DNA of 64,000 bases from Anthoceros angustus (Eukaryota > Plantae > Anthocerotophyta). Location of the stretch: positions 1,364,001-1,428,000 of the forward strand of contig MU008161.1 of the NCBI GenBank assembly GCA_010909165.1, in the 5' to 3' direction. Every line of letters starts with the position of its first letter. Position 1 is the first letter of the stretch. Shown piece by piece: positions 36,463 to 47,077 of the stretch. The notes under the pieces are model-generated. The model was given only the letters and a program-made list of their open reading frames with translations, was not told the origin of the DNA and did no database searches. Made by a program: the position numbers and the translations under genes.

Positions 36463-37102
36463 TCACCTGAAAAACCTTATCCACAAATACACACCAAAGA
36501 AGCACAGCAGAGCAAACAGGACCACTTGCGTCACAGAACTTGTCTTCGTGGCAGCTAGGCTTCTGTTGAGTCTTTTCATGGTGTTGGTTAGACCAGCTTG
36601 TGCCATTGCCATTGATGACTCCTGCAAATTGGCACTCAAGGAAATTAACACTGACACACTCAACGCGCTGTCCAGGGCATAGAGCGTAGATCACTTACAA
36701 GCTGAGTGAGCAAGTCGTTTTGAAACTTGGTCTCGGACTCAATCTCTTGTGCAACCTGTAGGAGGAAGGAGATCCTTGCTGTAAGATCCACCCAACACTC
36801 GACTCTGGCTACCCGACTCACCCATGAACTGCAGGTATACGAGAGTCCTTACATTCTTGAGCAAAGCAACTTTGCTACGAAGTCCTTCGAGCTCCTGCTC
36901 ATGATCCTCATGAATGGGATCCACTCTCAACTGAATCTCATGATTGGGGGCAGAGGATCTGCTGGTCAGCCCATCGCTGTCACCAAGACCAATGGAGTGT
37001 TAGGGTTACCAGGTCTGGGAAGCAGGTGGTTCCTTTCGCTGTTGTCATCACAACCAGCCCAACCACTTCACAGCATCACCTACAAATTCTTGCTGAGCTC
37101 AT
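36463..37102 (-). CDS. SFT1: Bet1-like Qc-SNARE (SFT11/SFT12 type)
   Basis: DGLTSRSSAPNHEIQLRVDPIHEDHEQELEGLRSKVALLKN|VAQEIESETKFQNDLLTQL|ESSMAMAQAGLTNTMKRLN...VVLFALLCFFGVYLWIRFFR, with a C-terminal TM helix. The start exon (ATG 37102) is tentative. Confidence 0.9.
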
Positions 37103-37447
37103 ATGCCACAACTGTAAAAGACATGTGCAAACGAGCAGGAAGCACCACTGAACAGCAAGGTGATCGATCAGACCCCTACCCTCGCCTGGCAGTCAGAGAG
37201 TCGTAATCCCAGCTCTGTCTTGGCCGTTGTCCACTGACCTCCGGATAGGCCCGAGGTTTGGACATTGCAGCTGCCCCTTGCTCTTACGCAATTCGCAAAC
37301 CCTGAGTACGCCACGCTCCCAAACAGTTCTGCCCAATTCTCTCCTGGTTCCTGCACCACGGACCTCCCATACGCATCCAGCAAACGAAGCCTGGGAAGCA
37401 AGTGCCGTGTGAAGGCAGGCCAACTAACCGGTATTTCATTGAGGGTG

Positions 37448-38085
37448 AATGGAGATTTTATGTACGAATACGAGATGGAAAAAACCATCTACCCCGGAAA
37501 AGAGGGGAAAACCCATCGAAGGGTAACAAGCCAGCGGAGTCTTACCCTCATGGTTGGTCATTCTGAACCTGCCTACAACATCGAGAACTTCGTGGTCAGG
37601 GATAGGGACTAGTACCGAAGATGTCGCATCCCAGCGTTAGCCACTGTCGTGTACACCCGCATTCGCCAGCGCCTGCTGCAGGGCGATGGACAGCTGTTGT
37701 CGAAAGAAAGCCACATTATAAGAAAGGGGCGACCAACCCCATCCCTATGTAACTGGTATACCTTGACACAATCCTTGACGAACCTGAAAAATTCCTTGCC
37801 CATGGCCTATGAATCTTAATGGCTAGGGGATGAAGGTGTGACCCCTACAATGGGAGAGTATTTGTGGGCCTTTGTCGTTGCGCATCCCTCGACCGCCAAA
37901 GGATTGAGCATAGCATGCTCACAAGCACTATCCCAGGTAGGGTCCGTAATCACCAAATCAGCCACAGATATATGGTCCCCGAGTGAAAAACAATTTAGCC
38001 TAGAGAGAAACCTCGTTGAGGAGGGTATAAGCGCGCTTTCTGCTTTCTGTACGAAAAGAACCCGCTCTCCTTAGCCATTGAGAAC
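37448..38085 (-). mobile_element. Second CRE-clade copy, 3' part (RLE domain plus 3' UTR)
   Basis: RDVMFSMAKESGFFSY...ADLVITDPTW...EGCATTKAHKY...FF..FVKDC...FRQQLSIA. Same terminal stem-loop and ATAAAATCTCCATT as at 16648-16690. Confidence 0.85.
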
Positions 38086-38368
38086 ATGACGTCTCGGAGG
38101 CAGTTGTGAGCAGCAATGAGAACATGACGTCTCGGAGGCCTTTGTGAGCAGCAATCAGAACATGACGTCTCGGAGGCCGTTGTGAGCAGCAATGAGAACA
38201 TGACGTCTCGGAGGCCATTGTGAGCAGCAATGAGAACATGACATCTCGGAGGCCGTTGTGAGCAGCAATGAGAACATGATGTCTCGGAGGCCGTTGTGAG
38301 CAGCAATGAGAACATGACGTCTCGGAGGCCGTTGAGAGCAGCAATGAGAACATGACGTCTCGGAGGCC
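38076..38368. repeat. 38-bp minisatellite array A1 (~7.6 units) derived from CRE coding sequence
   Basis: Unit AGAACATGACGTCTCGGAGGCCGTTGTGAGCAGCAATG. Units are exactly 38 bp with only substitutions. Confidence 0.96.
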
Positions 38369-38378
38369 AGTGGGAGGT

Positions 38379-40982
38379 TGTAAGGGTATTAAAGCCCAAT
38401 GTACTTAGACTAATACACTTAGTCTAAGTTAGGTGTCAGTTAAGTATAATTAGTTTAGTTGAAGCTAATCACTAGGAAGCTTCTTTTGCTCCTTCCTAGG
38501 GGCTTCTTGTGGAGCTTCCTAGGGAGCCCTATTGGAGGGTATAAATACCCTCCAAGCCTCATCTCAATGTGAGTGAGCTACTCTTGCCTCCTCCTCTCCT
38601 CTCAAATACCCTCCAAGCCTCATCTCAATGTGAGTGAGCTACTCTTGCCTCCTCCTCTCCTCTCCTCTCCTCTTTCCACCATCATGGGCTGCCACACGAT
38701 CCTTCAACTGGTATCAGAGCCAGGTTGCCTAATGGGTTTTGGGCGGCGGTGTCTCTGCAGTTCATCTTATTGAGATCTCTAGAGGCATTGAGCGAGTTCG
38801 GAGGAGCTATGGTCGGAAAGAAACCATCCTACAAGCATCTGCGAGTGTTTGGGCATGAGGCATCTTGCCATGTTCCAAAAGAGTTTCGGGACAAGTTGGC
38901 ACCTAAGTCCAAGAAATGTATTTTTCTTGGCTATGGTGATTACGGTGAGATGGGATACCGTTGTGGGATCCGAGGCTAGAAAGGTTGTTCGTACTAACGT
39001 GTTCTTCAATGAGAACAAGATGCACAGAAGCCTACTCCAAGCTGTGGAGGTGCGAAGGGTGATCTTCAAGAAGATGGACATGATCATCAAGGCGGGTTGA
39101 TAAGTGGTAATGTAATGGGAGCACATTCCTCCGATAGATGAACCAAGAGTCGAACAAGCACCTATAGAGGTAGTTACAAAGAAGCTATGTCAACGAGTAA
39201 CAAAGAGAAGTGGGAGAAGGCCATGCAGTCAGAAATGAATTCGCTGTATAAGAACCAAACTTGGGAGTTGGTTCGGTTGCCTAGGGATAAGAAGGCACTA
39301 CCGTGCAAATGGGTGTACAAGATGAAGGTCATACCCCTTGATGGCAAACCGAAGTACAAGGCACGATTGGTTGCTAAGGGTTTCAAGCAACAACCAGGCA
39401 TTGACTTTGATGAGATTTTCTCACCAGTAGTCAAAATGACAACTTTGCGATGTGTTCTTGCTTTGGTTGCCAGGAATGATATGGAACTTATACAGATGGA
39501 TGTCAAGGCGGCATTCTTGCATGGTGACCTTCAAGAGGAAGTCTACATGCGACGGCGGAAGGTTTTGTTGAGAAGGGCAAAGAGCATCGGTGTGCGAGGT
39601 TGAGGAAGAGCCTTTATGGTTTGAAGCAGGCACCAGTGGTATCACAAGTTCCACTCATTTATGCTTTCTCAAGGCTACAAGCGTGGCGATGAGGATCATT
39701 GCCTCTATCTGAAGCAAGCTAAGGATCAAAGCTTGCTCATTTTGATCCTCTATGTGGATGATATGCTAATTCTTTGGAGCGATCTTGATGAGATTTGTTG
39801 AAGTCAAAGTTGAATGCTCACTTTGAAATAGCGAGACTTGGGAGGCGAGCCATATACTTGGCATGCGTATTCGTCGGAACAGACATAAGCGTCCTTTATT
39901 TGTCTCAGACGGAATACATTAACAGGGTGCTTCAACGTTTCAACATGGAGAAGGGGAAGCCATTGGGTACTCCATTGCCTCCATATGTGAAACTTTCAAG
40001 CGCGGATTGCCCAAGCTTTGAGGAGGACAAAGCTGAAATGGAGAAGGTCCCATACTCATCAGCTGTAGGGAGTTTGATGTATGCAATGATTGCTACGTCG
40101 TGACATTGCCTTTGCAGTGGGAGTGGTTAGCAGGTTTATGTCAAACCACAGGCAAGAAGCATTGGGAGGCGATAAAAGGAGTTATGAGGTATCTGAATGG
40201 TACAAAAGCTTTGTGCATATGTTTTGGTAGTGAAGATGCATGTGTGGTTGGGTACCACAGATCTTATTATGAGGATATGGACAAAGGAGGTCCACATCGA
40301 GTTATGTCTTCATGTGCCTTTGGAGGCGATCTCATGGCGATCTCGTTTGCGATCGTGCATTACGCTATCTACCACAGGCCGAGTATGTTGCGACAAGCGG
40401 GGCTTGCAAGGAAGCCATATGGCTTGCTCGTTTAGTGGGAGACTTGGGGATCAAGGTTGAGTGCCGGTGTTGCATTGTGATAGCAGTGCTATCAATTGGC
40501 AAAGAATCCGATGTTTCATGCGAAGACTAAACATGTGGATGTGAAGTATCACTTCATTCGAGAGGTGTTGGATGACAAGAGGTACAACTTGTCAAGGTTC
40601 ACACCCGAACCTGAGATATTCTTACCAAGGGACTCTCTGAGCAATTTGCACAAGCTCGGACAGATGGGCATGAGGCAGTCCATTCTTCTACAAGGTAAAT
40701 TGGCCTTTAAGTGGGAGGTTGTAAGGGTATTAAAGCCCAATGTACTTAGACTAATACACTTAGTCTAAGTTAGGTGTCAGTTAAGTATCATTAGTTTAGC
40801 TGAAGCTAATCACTAGGAAGCTTCTTGTGCTCCTTCCTAGGGGCTTCTTGTGGAGCTTCCTAGGGAGCCTTGTTCGAGGGTATAAATACCCTCCAAGCCT
40901 CATCTCAATGAGAGAGCTACTCTTGCCTCCTCCTCTCCTCTCTCCTCTTTCCACCATCATGAGGGCGCCACACGATCCCTCG
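38379..40982 (+). mobile_element. Ty1/Copia LTR retrotransposon, gag-protease-5' integrase deleted, RT/RNase H degenerate
   Basis: LTR1 spans 38379-38706 (TG…CA). PBS TGGTATCAGAGCC (tRNA-iMet) is at 38709-38721. It is followed by the integrase C-terminus (GKKPSYKHLRVFG; KLAPKSKKCIFLGYG), RT (ALPCKWVYK; [26 protein letters not shown]; [11 protein letters not shown]; LYVDDML), RNase H (NPMFHAKTKHVDVKYHFIRE), PPT AAGTGGGAGGT and LTR2 at 40720-~40982. Confidence 0.95.
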
Positions 40983-40983
40983 A

Positions 40984-41284
40984 TGGCAGCAATGAGAACA
41001 TGGCGTCTCGGAGGCCGTTGTGAGCGGCAATGAGAACATGGCGTCTCGAGAGGCCATTGTGGCGGCAATGAGAACATGGCGTCTCGAGGCGTTGTGAGCG
41101 GCAATGAGAACATGGCGTCTCGAGGCCGTTGTGGCGACAATGAGAACATGGCGTCTCGGAGGCCGTTGTGAGCAGCAATGAGAACATGGCGTCTGAGGCC
41201 GTTGTGAGCGGCAATGAGAACATGACGCGTCTCGAGGCCGTTGAGGCGGCAATGAGAACATAGCGTCTCGAGGCGTTGTGACAA
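40984..41284. repeat. 38-bp minisatellite array A2 (~8 indel-rich units)
   Basis: Same unit as A1, with frequent 1-4-nt indels. Confidence 0.93.
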
Positions 41285-41425
41285 TGGGTTAAGTGGGTCC
41301 CAAAGGTGTCAAGGGGGCCCTACAATTGTATGCCGAGAGAGAGTAGGCCAATGGTTGAACCAATCCCAGACGAAAATGCATCGCGGCGGAAAAAGTTGCG
41401 AATGCCATGCGAAACGCCTAGATGA
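41285..41425 (-). mobile_element. Upstream continuation of the second CRE copy
   Basis: Encodes GPLDTFGTHLTHC, homologous to GPPLDDSGSHLARC at ~12290-12325. Nucleotide homology extends to ~41425. Confidence 0.75.
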
Positions 41426-41629
41426 AGGTATCTTCATATACCCAATACATTCACGCACATATGTACGTGAATGTACTGGGTATATGAAGGTACAAACAAG
41501 TGTTATTAAAGGCTTAATAAAAATTAATGATGTTTAAGACCACCATATTTAAAAATAGAATTTAAAAGATAACAAAGAATTCTTATTTAAATATCAATAA
41601 TTATTAACACTAGAAAACTATGAAACTTA

Positions 41630-42878
41630 CGTGCATTCGCTATCTACCACAGGCCGAGTATGTTGCTGAGGCTTGCAAGGAAGCCATATGGCTTGCTCGT
41701 TTAGTGGGAGACTTGGGGATCAAGGTTGTGTGTTGCATTGTGATAGCAGTGCTATCAATTGGCAAGAATCCGATGTTTCATGCGAAGACTAAACATGTGG
41801 ATGTGTATCACTTCATTCGAGAGGTGTTGGACAGAGGGTACAACTTGTCAAGGTTCACACCGGCGAACCTAGATATTCTTACCAAGGGACTCTCTGAGCA
41901 ATTTGCTCGGACAACGATGGGCATGAGATAGTCCATTCTTCTACAAGGTAAATTGGCCTTTAAGTGGGAGGTTGTAAGGGTATTAAAATGTACTTAGACT
42001 AATACACTTAGTCTAAGTTAGGTGTCGATTAAGTATCATTAGTTTTGAAGCTAATCACTAGGAAGCTTCTTGTGCTCCTTCCTAGGGGCTTCTTGTGGAG
42101 CTTCTAGGGAGCCTATTGGAGGTATAAATACCCTCAAGCCTCATCTCAATGTGAGAGCTACTCTTGCTTCCTCCTCCTCTCCTCTCCTCTTTCACCATCA
42201 TGAGGGCGCCACACGATCCCTCGATGGCAGCAATGAGAACATGGCGATCTGAGGCCGTTGTGAGCGGCAATGAGAACATGGCGTCTCGAGGCCGTGGCGG
42301 CAATGAGAACATGGCGTCTCGGCGTTGTGGCAGCAATGAGAACATGGCGTCTCGGAGGCCGTTGTGAGACAATGAGAACATGGCGTCTCGGAGGCGTTGT
42401 GACAATGAGAACATGACGTCTCGGAGGCCGTTGTGAGCAGCAATGAGAACATGACGTCTCCGAGGCCGTTGAGAGCAGCAATGAGAACATGACGTCTCCG
42501 AGGCCGTTGTGAGCAGCAATGGGTTAAGTGGGTCCCAAAGGTGTCAAGGGGGCCCTACAATTGTATGCCGAGAGAGAGTAGGCCAATGGTTGAACCAATC
42601 CCAGACGAAAATGCATCGCGGCGGAAAAAGTTGCGAATGCCATGCGAAACGCCTAGATGAAGGTATCTTCATATGCAATACATTCACGCACATATGTCGT
42701 GAATGTCTTTGGTATATGAAGTACTGAAATACAAACAAGTGTTATTAAAGGCTTAATAAAAATTAATGATGTTTAAGACCACCATATTTAAAAATAGAAT
42801 TTAAAAGATAACAAAGAATTCTTATTTAAATATCAATAATTATTAACACTAGAAAACTATGAAACTTCAGCGTGCATT
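41630..42878. repeat. Tandem duplicate of 40354-41629: Copia RNase H, PPT, LTR3 (41973-~42223), minisatellite A3 (~42225-42520), CRE fragment and AT-rich tail
   Basis: Collinear second copy. The junction lies on microhomology CGTGCATT. Confidence 0.92.
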
Positions 42879-43557
42879 CACTCGAGGCGTTGTCATATGC
42901 AACTTTGAGTGGCATGAATCACCAACCTCAAAATAATCTATAGCTGGGCCAAATCAACAATCTCAAAATGATGGATAACTGAGCCTGAATCACACAGTGG
43001 AACCTAAGCCCTATGTCTATGATGACGTCATTGTAGATGGTGACAACCTGTGCACCCGACTATATGTGTCTCATCACGTATCCGGGGGGCGCATATGTTC
43101 TTTGGGGAATGATCACAATAGCCGATAGTGTATGCTGGTGATGTTTGATTGGAGCACACACTAGAGTCAACAACACTACATTCATGAATATTTAATCAAC
43201 TTATAGTCAAGAGCTTAAATTTAGCCCCACAATGCCCAATGCCTATGGTAGAAAAGGGTATGGCTTGGAAAATAGCATGAAAACACTTGAAATGGTTTAC
43301 TTTTTTATTATACTTTCTGCTTAAATTACGAGAAAACGGGAACAAGATGTCCTTCCATTCTCTTCAAAAACAATAATCATTTCCTCAATTTGGACCTTCA
43401 AATCAACTGCTATCTATATAGAAACCTTACAAGAAATGGTAGACTCTCATATCAGGCCCGGCTTGCACTCAAAAGGGCAGCCAAAATAAACGGATTTTGG
43501 TATTGCTTCATGCGCACCTCAGCAGACACTCCCTCGTGTTTCATAGCCAAAGCTTTT

Positions 43558-43687
43558 ATGTGCTCATCTAAAAATTGGGAAAGCCGTGACTACCATGTGC
43601 TCATCTAAAAATTGGGAAAGCCGTGACTACTATGTGCTCATCTAAAAATTCGGAAAGCCGTGACTACTATGTGCTCATCTAAAAATT
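43558..43687. repeat. 37-bp tandem repeat (~3.5 units, ATGTGCTCATCTAAAAATTGGGAAAGCCGTGACTACC)
   Basis: Directly visible near-perfect units. Confidence 0.93.
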
Positions 43688-43876
43688 AGGCCCTTCTATT
43701 CTAAAGAAACTTTCTAATCCTCATCAACTCTAGTTTGAGTAAAAAAGTATACTGTGTTGAGTAAAAAATGTGAATATATAAAAGTAGAACTGATACCTAT
43801 TCAGTTCATAAATTATGCTTGTATATTATAATTTAGAATTAGATTATTAGACGCATAAGAACCATGACCTCTCCCA

Positions 43877-43917
43877 GGATGGGATTTCCCATCTCGTTCT
43901 TTTTATAAAGTCTCCAT
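43877..43917 (+). mobile_element. Isolated CRE 3'-terminal remnant
   Basis: GGATGGGATTTCCCATCTCGTTCTTTTTATAAAGTCTCCAT matches the stem-loop and terminus of the two larger CRE copies. Confidence 0.65.
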
Positions 43918-44217
43918 GTCTATTTGAGTAGATTAAATGAATAGACTTAACAACTAGACTCTTTATATAACCTAAAAGACCAAATGTCAAGGCCGTCATA
44001 CTAAAGGCTGAAGGCCGAAGGCCAAGTAGATCATACGACTGGACTGGGCGGTGAAGGCCAAGTAGGCGGTAAATTAGAAACGAAAAGACTCAAGAACCAG
44101 ACTAGCTACATAAATTAGTGTGGGAAGCATCATTCTGTAAGATCCTCCCGTGAGCGCATTTGGGATTTGTAAAGCGAAATCTCATTTCCTCAAGGTTTCC
44201 TTGTTAAGCATTGTGCT

Positions 44218-46139
44218 ATGGAGTTTGGCATTTTGATTCCCTTGCGCCTGCCATCGGCAAGCGCAGTGGAAAGGTGTCTGATACAAAAGGTTCGTCAGCT
44301 GCTCACAGATCCTGAGGCAATTTTCAGAATCGTGGTCGGGTATGATTCTGACGACCCCGTGTTCCAGGCAGAGGGAGGAACACAGGGTCAGGACTCAGTG
44401 GAGGCAAAGATGTCAAGAGATCTCCTCCACCTGTTTCCTGAAGTGCGATTAACTTGGGTCCAGCTGAGGCCCAGCCAGCCCTTCAATGCTTGTGGGGCGT
44501 GGAACTGTCTCGCCAAGGCAGCATGCTCAGCTGGAAGTGACATGTTCCTCATGCTCGGTGACGATGTCGACATCGTGCATCGGCCAGGAGCAGGGCCACG
44601 CCTATGGGAGCCGCCTGCGTCGCAGCCGTGGAGGAGAAGGCTCCCGGCTGGCCCTGCTTCCCTGTCCTGCATCGATTCCATTTGGACACCTTCGGGAACT
44701 TGTTTCCAGTTGCGGAGACCGTGAGCGAGAGGGGATTTTACAATCAGGACGCGGACCCTTTCCTGTGGGAGGTGTATCGGCGATCAGGCCTGGCGGCGTG
44801 GACATCCGCAACCGTGTTGAGGAATCGAACTGGCGGAGTGATTGGTGGTCTGACCGAGATCACCCAGACTCGGTACGAGGCCATCCACATCGAATGGAGG
44901 CTGGAGCTCCTGGAGCGGTATGCGGGACGACTGCGGCATGCTCTTGCAGAGGCGGGAGCGGATCCGCAGCGTCGCGTCACGATGGATGTGGCAGTCCCGT
45001 CTTACAGGTTGGATATCCAGAGGCTTCAAGGGATACTGAATCTGCCGACGCCTCGAGATGCAGAGGTTAGGTTTGTGATCGTTGTAGACCGGCCCATGGC
45101 CGAGCTGCAAGGCACTGAAAAGTGGCAAGCTCTGCGGGATCTCGAGACATCGCACCGGGATGTGAGGATTCGAGTAAATGCAACCAACATGGGTGCATCA
45201 GAGTCCCGGACCAGAGCTGCAAGAGAGTGCCACTCCGACTGGCTATTGTATCTGGATGACGATGTCATTCCAGATGACAACCTGCTCGACCAGTATGTGC
45301 GCCTCATCATGCAGCACCGAGACAATCCTGAAATCCGTGGATTCGTGGGAACCTCGATTCTTCCGGTGGAGCAGAGGCAGGCCACCATGGCTGTGCATCT
45401 CGCACAGGTGACCTTCTGGTGGCAGATCGCAGAATTCTGTGACAGGGAAGGAAGGCATGCTGATTGGGGCGTGACAGCCAATCTCCTGCTACGCTGGTGG
45501 CCGGGGCTGAAATTCGATAATGCCTTCCCTAAGACCGGAGGCGGAGAAGACATCGACATATGCATCTCCGCATGCGCAGCCTTCCCGAACGGAAAGCTCC
45601 TGCCAGCCACCGGGGCCAGAATCCTGCATCCCTGGTGGGACGGAGGAAGACGCTGGAGCCTGTGGAAGAGGGCCTTCCGATGGGCCCAAGGCGACGGCAT
45701 GCTTCTCAACAAGCATCCGAATTTCACCTTCCTCGGAACCCCGAACGTGTGGGAGCTGGCCACCCTGGTGTTAGGGTTTCATCTGCTCCTCCTCCCCGAC
45801 GTCGCGGCCCTCTGCCTTTCACTCGCGTGTGCTTGGATCGCCGACCTCGCGTCCTGCGCGGTGTGGATTAATTCCATACCCTACATGCAGGACGAGTTCC
45901 CCTTCGGATGCCTCCGCATCCGCGCCAGCCTCGAGTCCGCCGTGGTTCGCCAGGCGTCGGATCTCGGCCACTTCTATGGCTTCTTCCGCCGCGGCGAGCT
46001 CCGCAACCTCCTCTCCCGGAGATTCGACTGGTTCCTCGGCTCCCTTCCAGGCGTGGCCAGCTACGAGCGCAAGCGAGGCCTCCTGTTTCTTGGATTCTTC
46101 GCTGCTCTGCGCTGGATTATCTCCCGCTGGCTGCGGTAA
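44218..46139 (+). CDS. Intronless tandem GT-A/GT2 glycosyltransferase with C-terminal membrane segments, frameshifted near 44580-44604 (possible pseudogene)
   Basis: ORF1 (44218-) has IVVGYDSDD, AWNCLAKAA and MLGDDV. ORF2 (44604-46139) has FPVLHRFH, FYNQDADPFLWEVYRR, MDVAVPSY, FVIVVD, NMGASESR, LYLDDDVIPDD, WGVTANL, FPKTGGGEDIDIC, RAFRWAQGD and a hydrophobic tail. Confidence 0.85.
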
Positions 46140-46194
46140 CTCTTGTTCACTCTTCCACGCAACACGTTACCAATGCATCTGCAGCTGCAGGCAA

Positions 46195-46861
46195 GCATAT
46201 GCCGTGTGTGCCAGGGTCTTGATCCTTGGAACCTCATCAAGATTCAAGAATCACGATCCTCGACTGCAACGCAAGGCGCGACAGGAATGCTCTTGGGACC
46301 ACGAGACGGCTCGGGTGGGAGAAAGTGCTTCGCTTTTGCGTGATGCTGCCTGCATACATTCAAGCGGCAGAGGTCGCCAGAAACTATCCGAATCCGATCG
46401 TGAAAGTGAAACCCTAAAATGCGGAAGCCACCGACTCCTGGCCGTGTCAGACGGAGCGTGAGAAGGAGGCAAGGGCGGGACACCTGGCGGATAGCATATT
46501 CCGTGGCACGGACGAGTCAGTCCGGTTCACAGGCACAGGATTCGGTCTGGCGTCTGATGTCGGCTCTGCGCATCACGGCAGCGCGGATGAGGAGTCATGT
46601 GAGGATTATGAGAGTGGGCAAGATGTGTAAATAAAGCGTAATCTAGAATATGCGAAGCCCAGCTTGGGATGCCCCTTTGGGGCGGACATTCTCTTACGCC
46701 AAACTTCCGTTTTCTGTTAGAACGGTACGGGAGTGGAATGAGGATCCGATTCCCGATTCCACCATTCCACCACATCCCGTAGAGGATGAAACCGGTCGTC
46801 CACGCTATTCCAAGGGATTAACCACTCCCTGTCTGGCTGGGGCCAGAGGAAGCGGATATTC
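46195..46861. promoter_or_regulatory. Four PHR1-binding sites (P1BS, GNATATNC) upstream of the SPX gene
   Basis: GCATATGC 46195-46202, GCATATTC 46494-46501, GAATATGC 46646-46653 and GGATATTC 46854-46861. Confidence 0.75.
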
Positions 46862-47077
46862 CGTCCCGATCCCTTGCCTCTCCTGGCCCCTGGCCCTGGC
46901 CCCCCCGGCGACCCTGCGCTGCAGCCTACACCTCCCTCGCCATGGTCGCCACCATTCCCTTGCCCTCGCGGCCCCAGCGACAGTGCCGCATGCGCCTTGC
47001 GCCCTGCTTGATCTTGCGCGCGCGGCAGAGGAGGTGCCTTACGCTGTTGGAGAGGGAGCGGGAGCGAGATCGGCGTC

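Noticed and set aside
37995-42519. Repetitive ORFs (…RRHVLIAAHNGLRD…, …SETSCSHCCSQR…) as Cys/His repeat proteins
   Set aside because: They are three-frame read-throughs of a 38-bp (non-triplet) minisatellite.
38076-42520. 38-bp arrays as a CRISPR array
   Set aside because: Units are contiguous with no unique spacers, derive from a TE ORF, and no cas genes are present in this eukaryotic context.
44486-45070. Third-frame 194-aa ORF overlapping the GT2 gene
   Set aside because: No motifs; expected by chance in GC-rich coding DNA.
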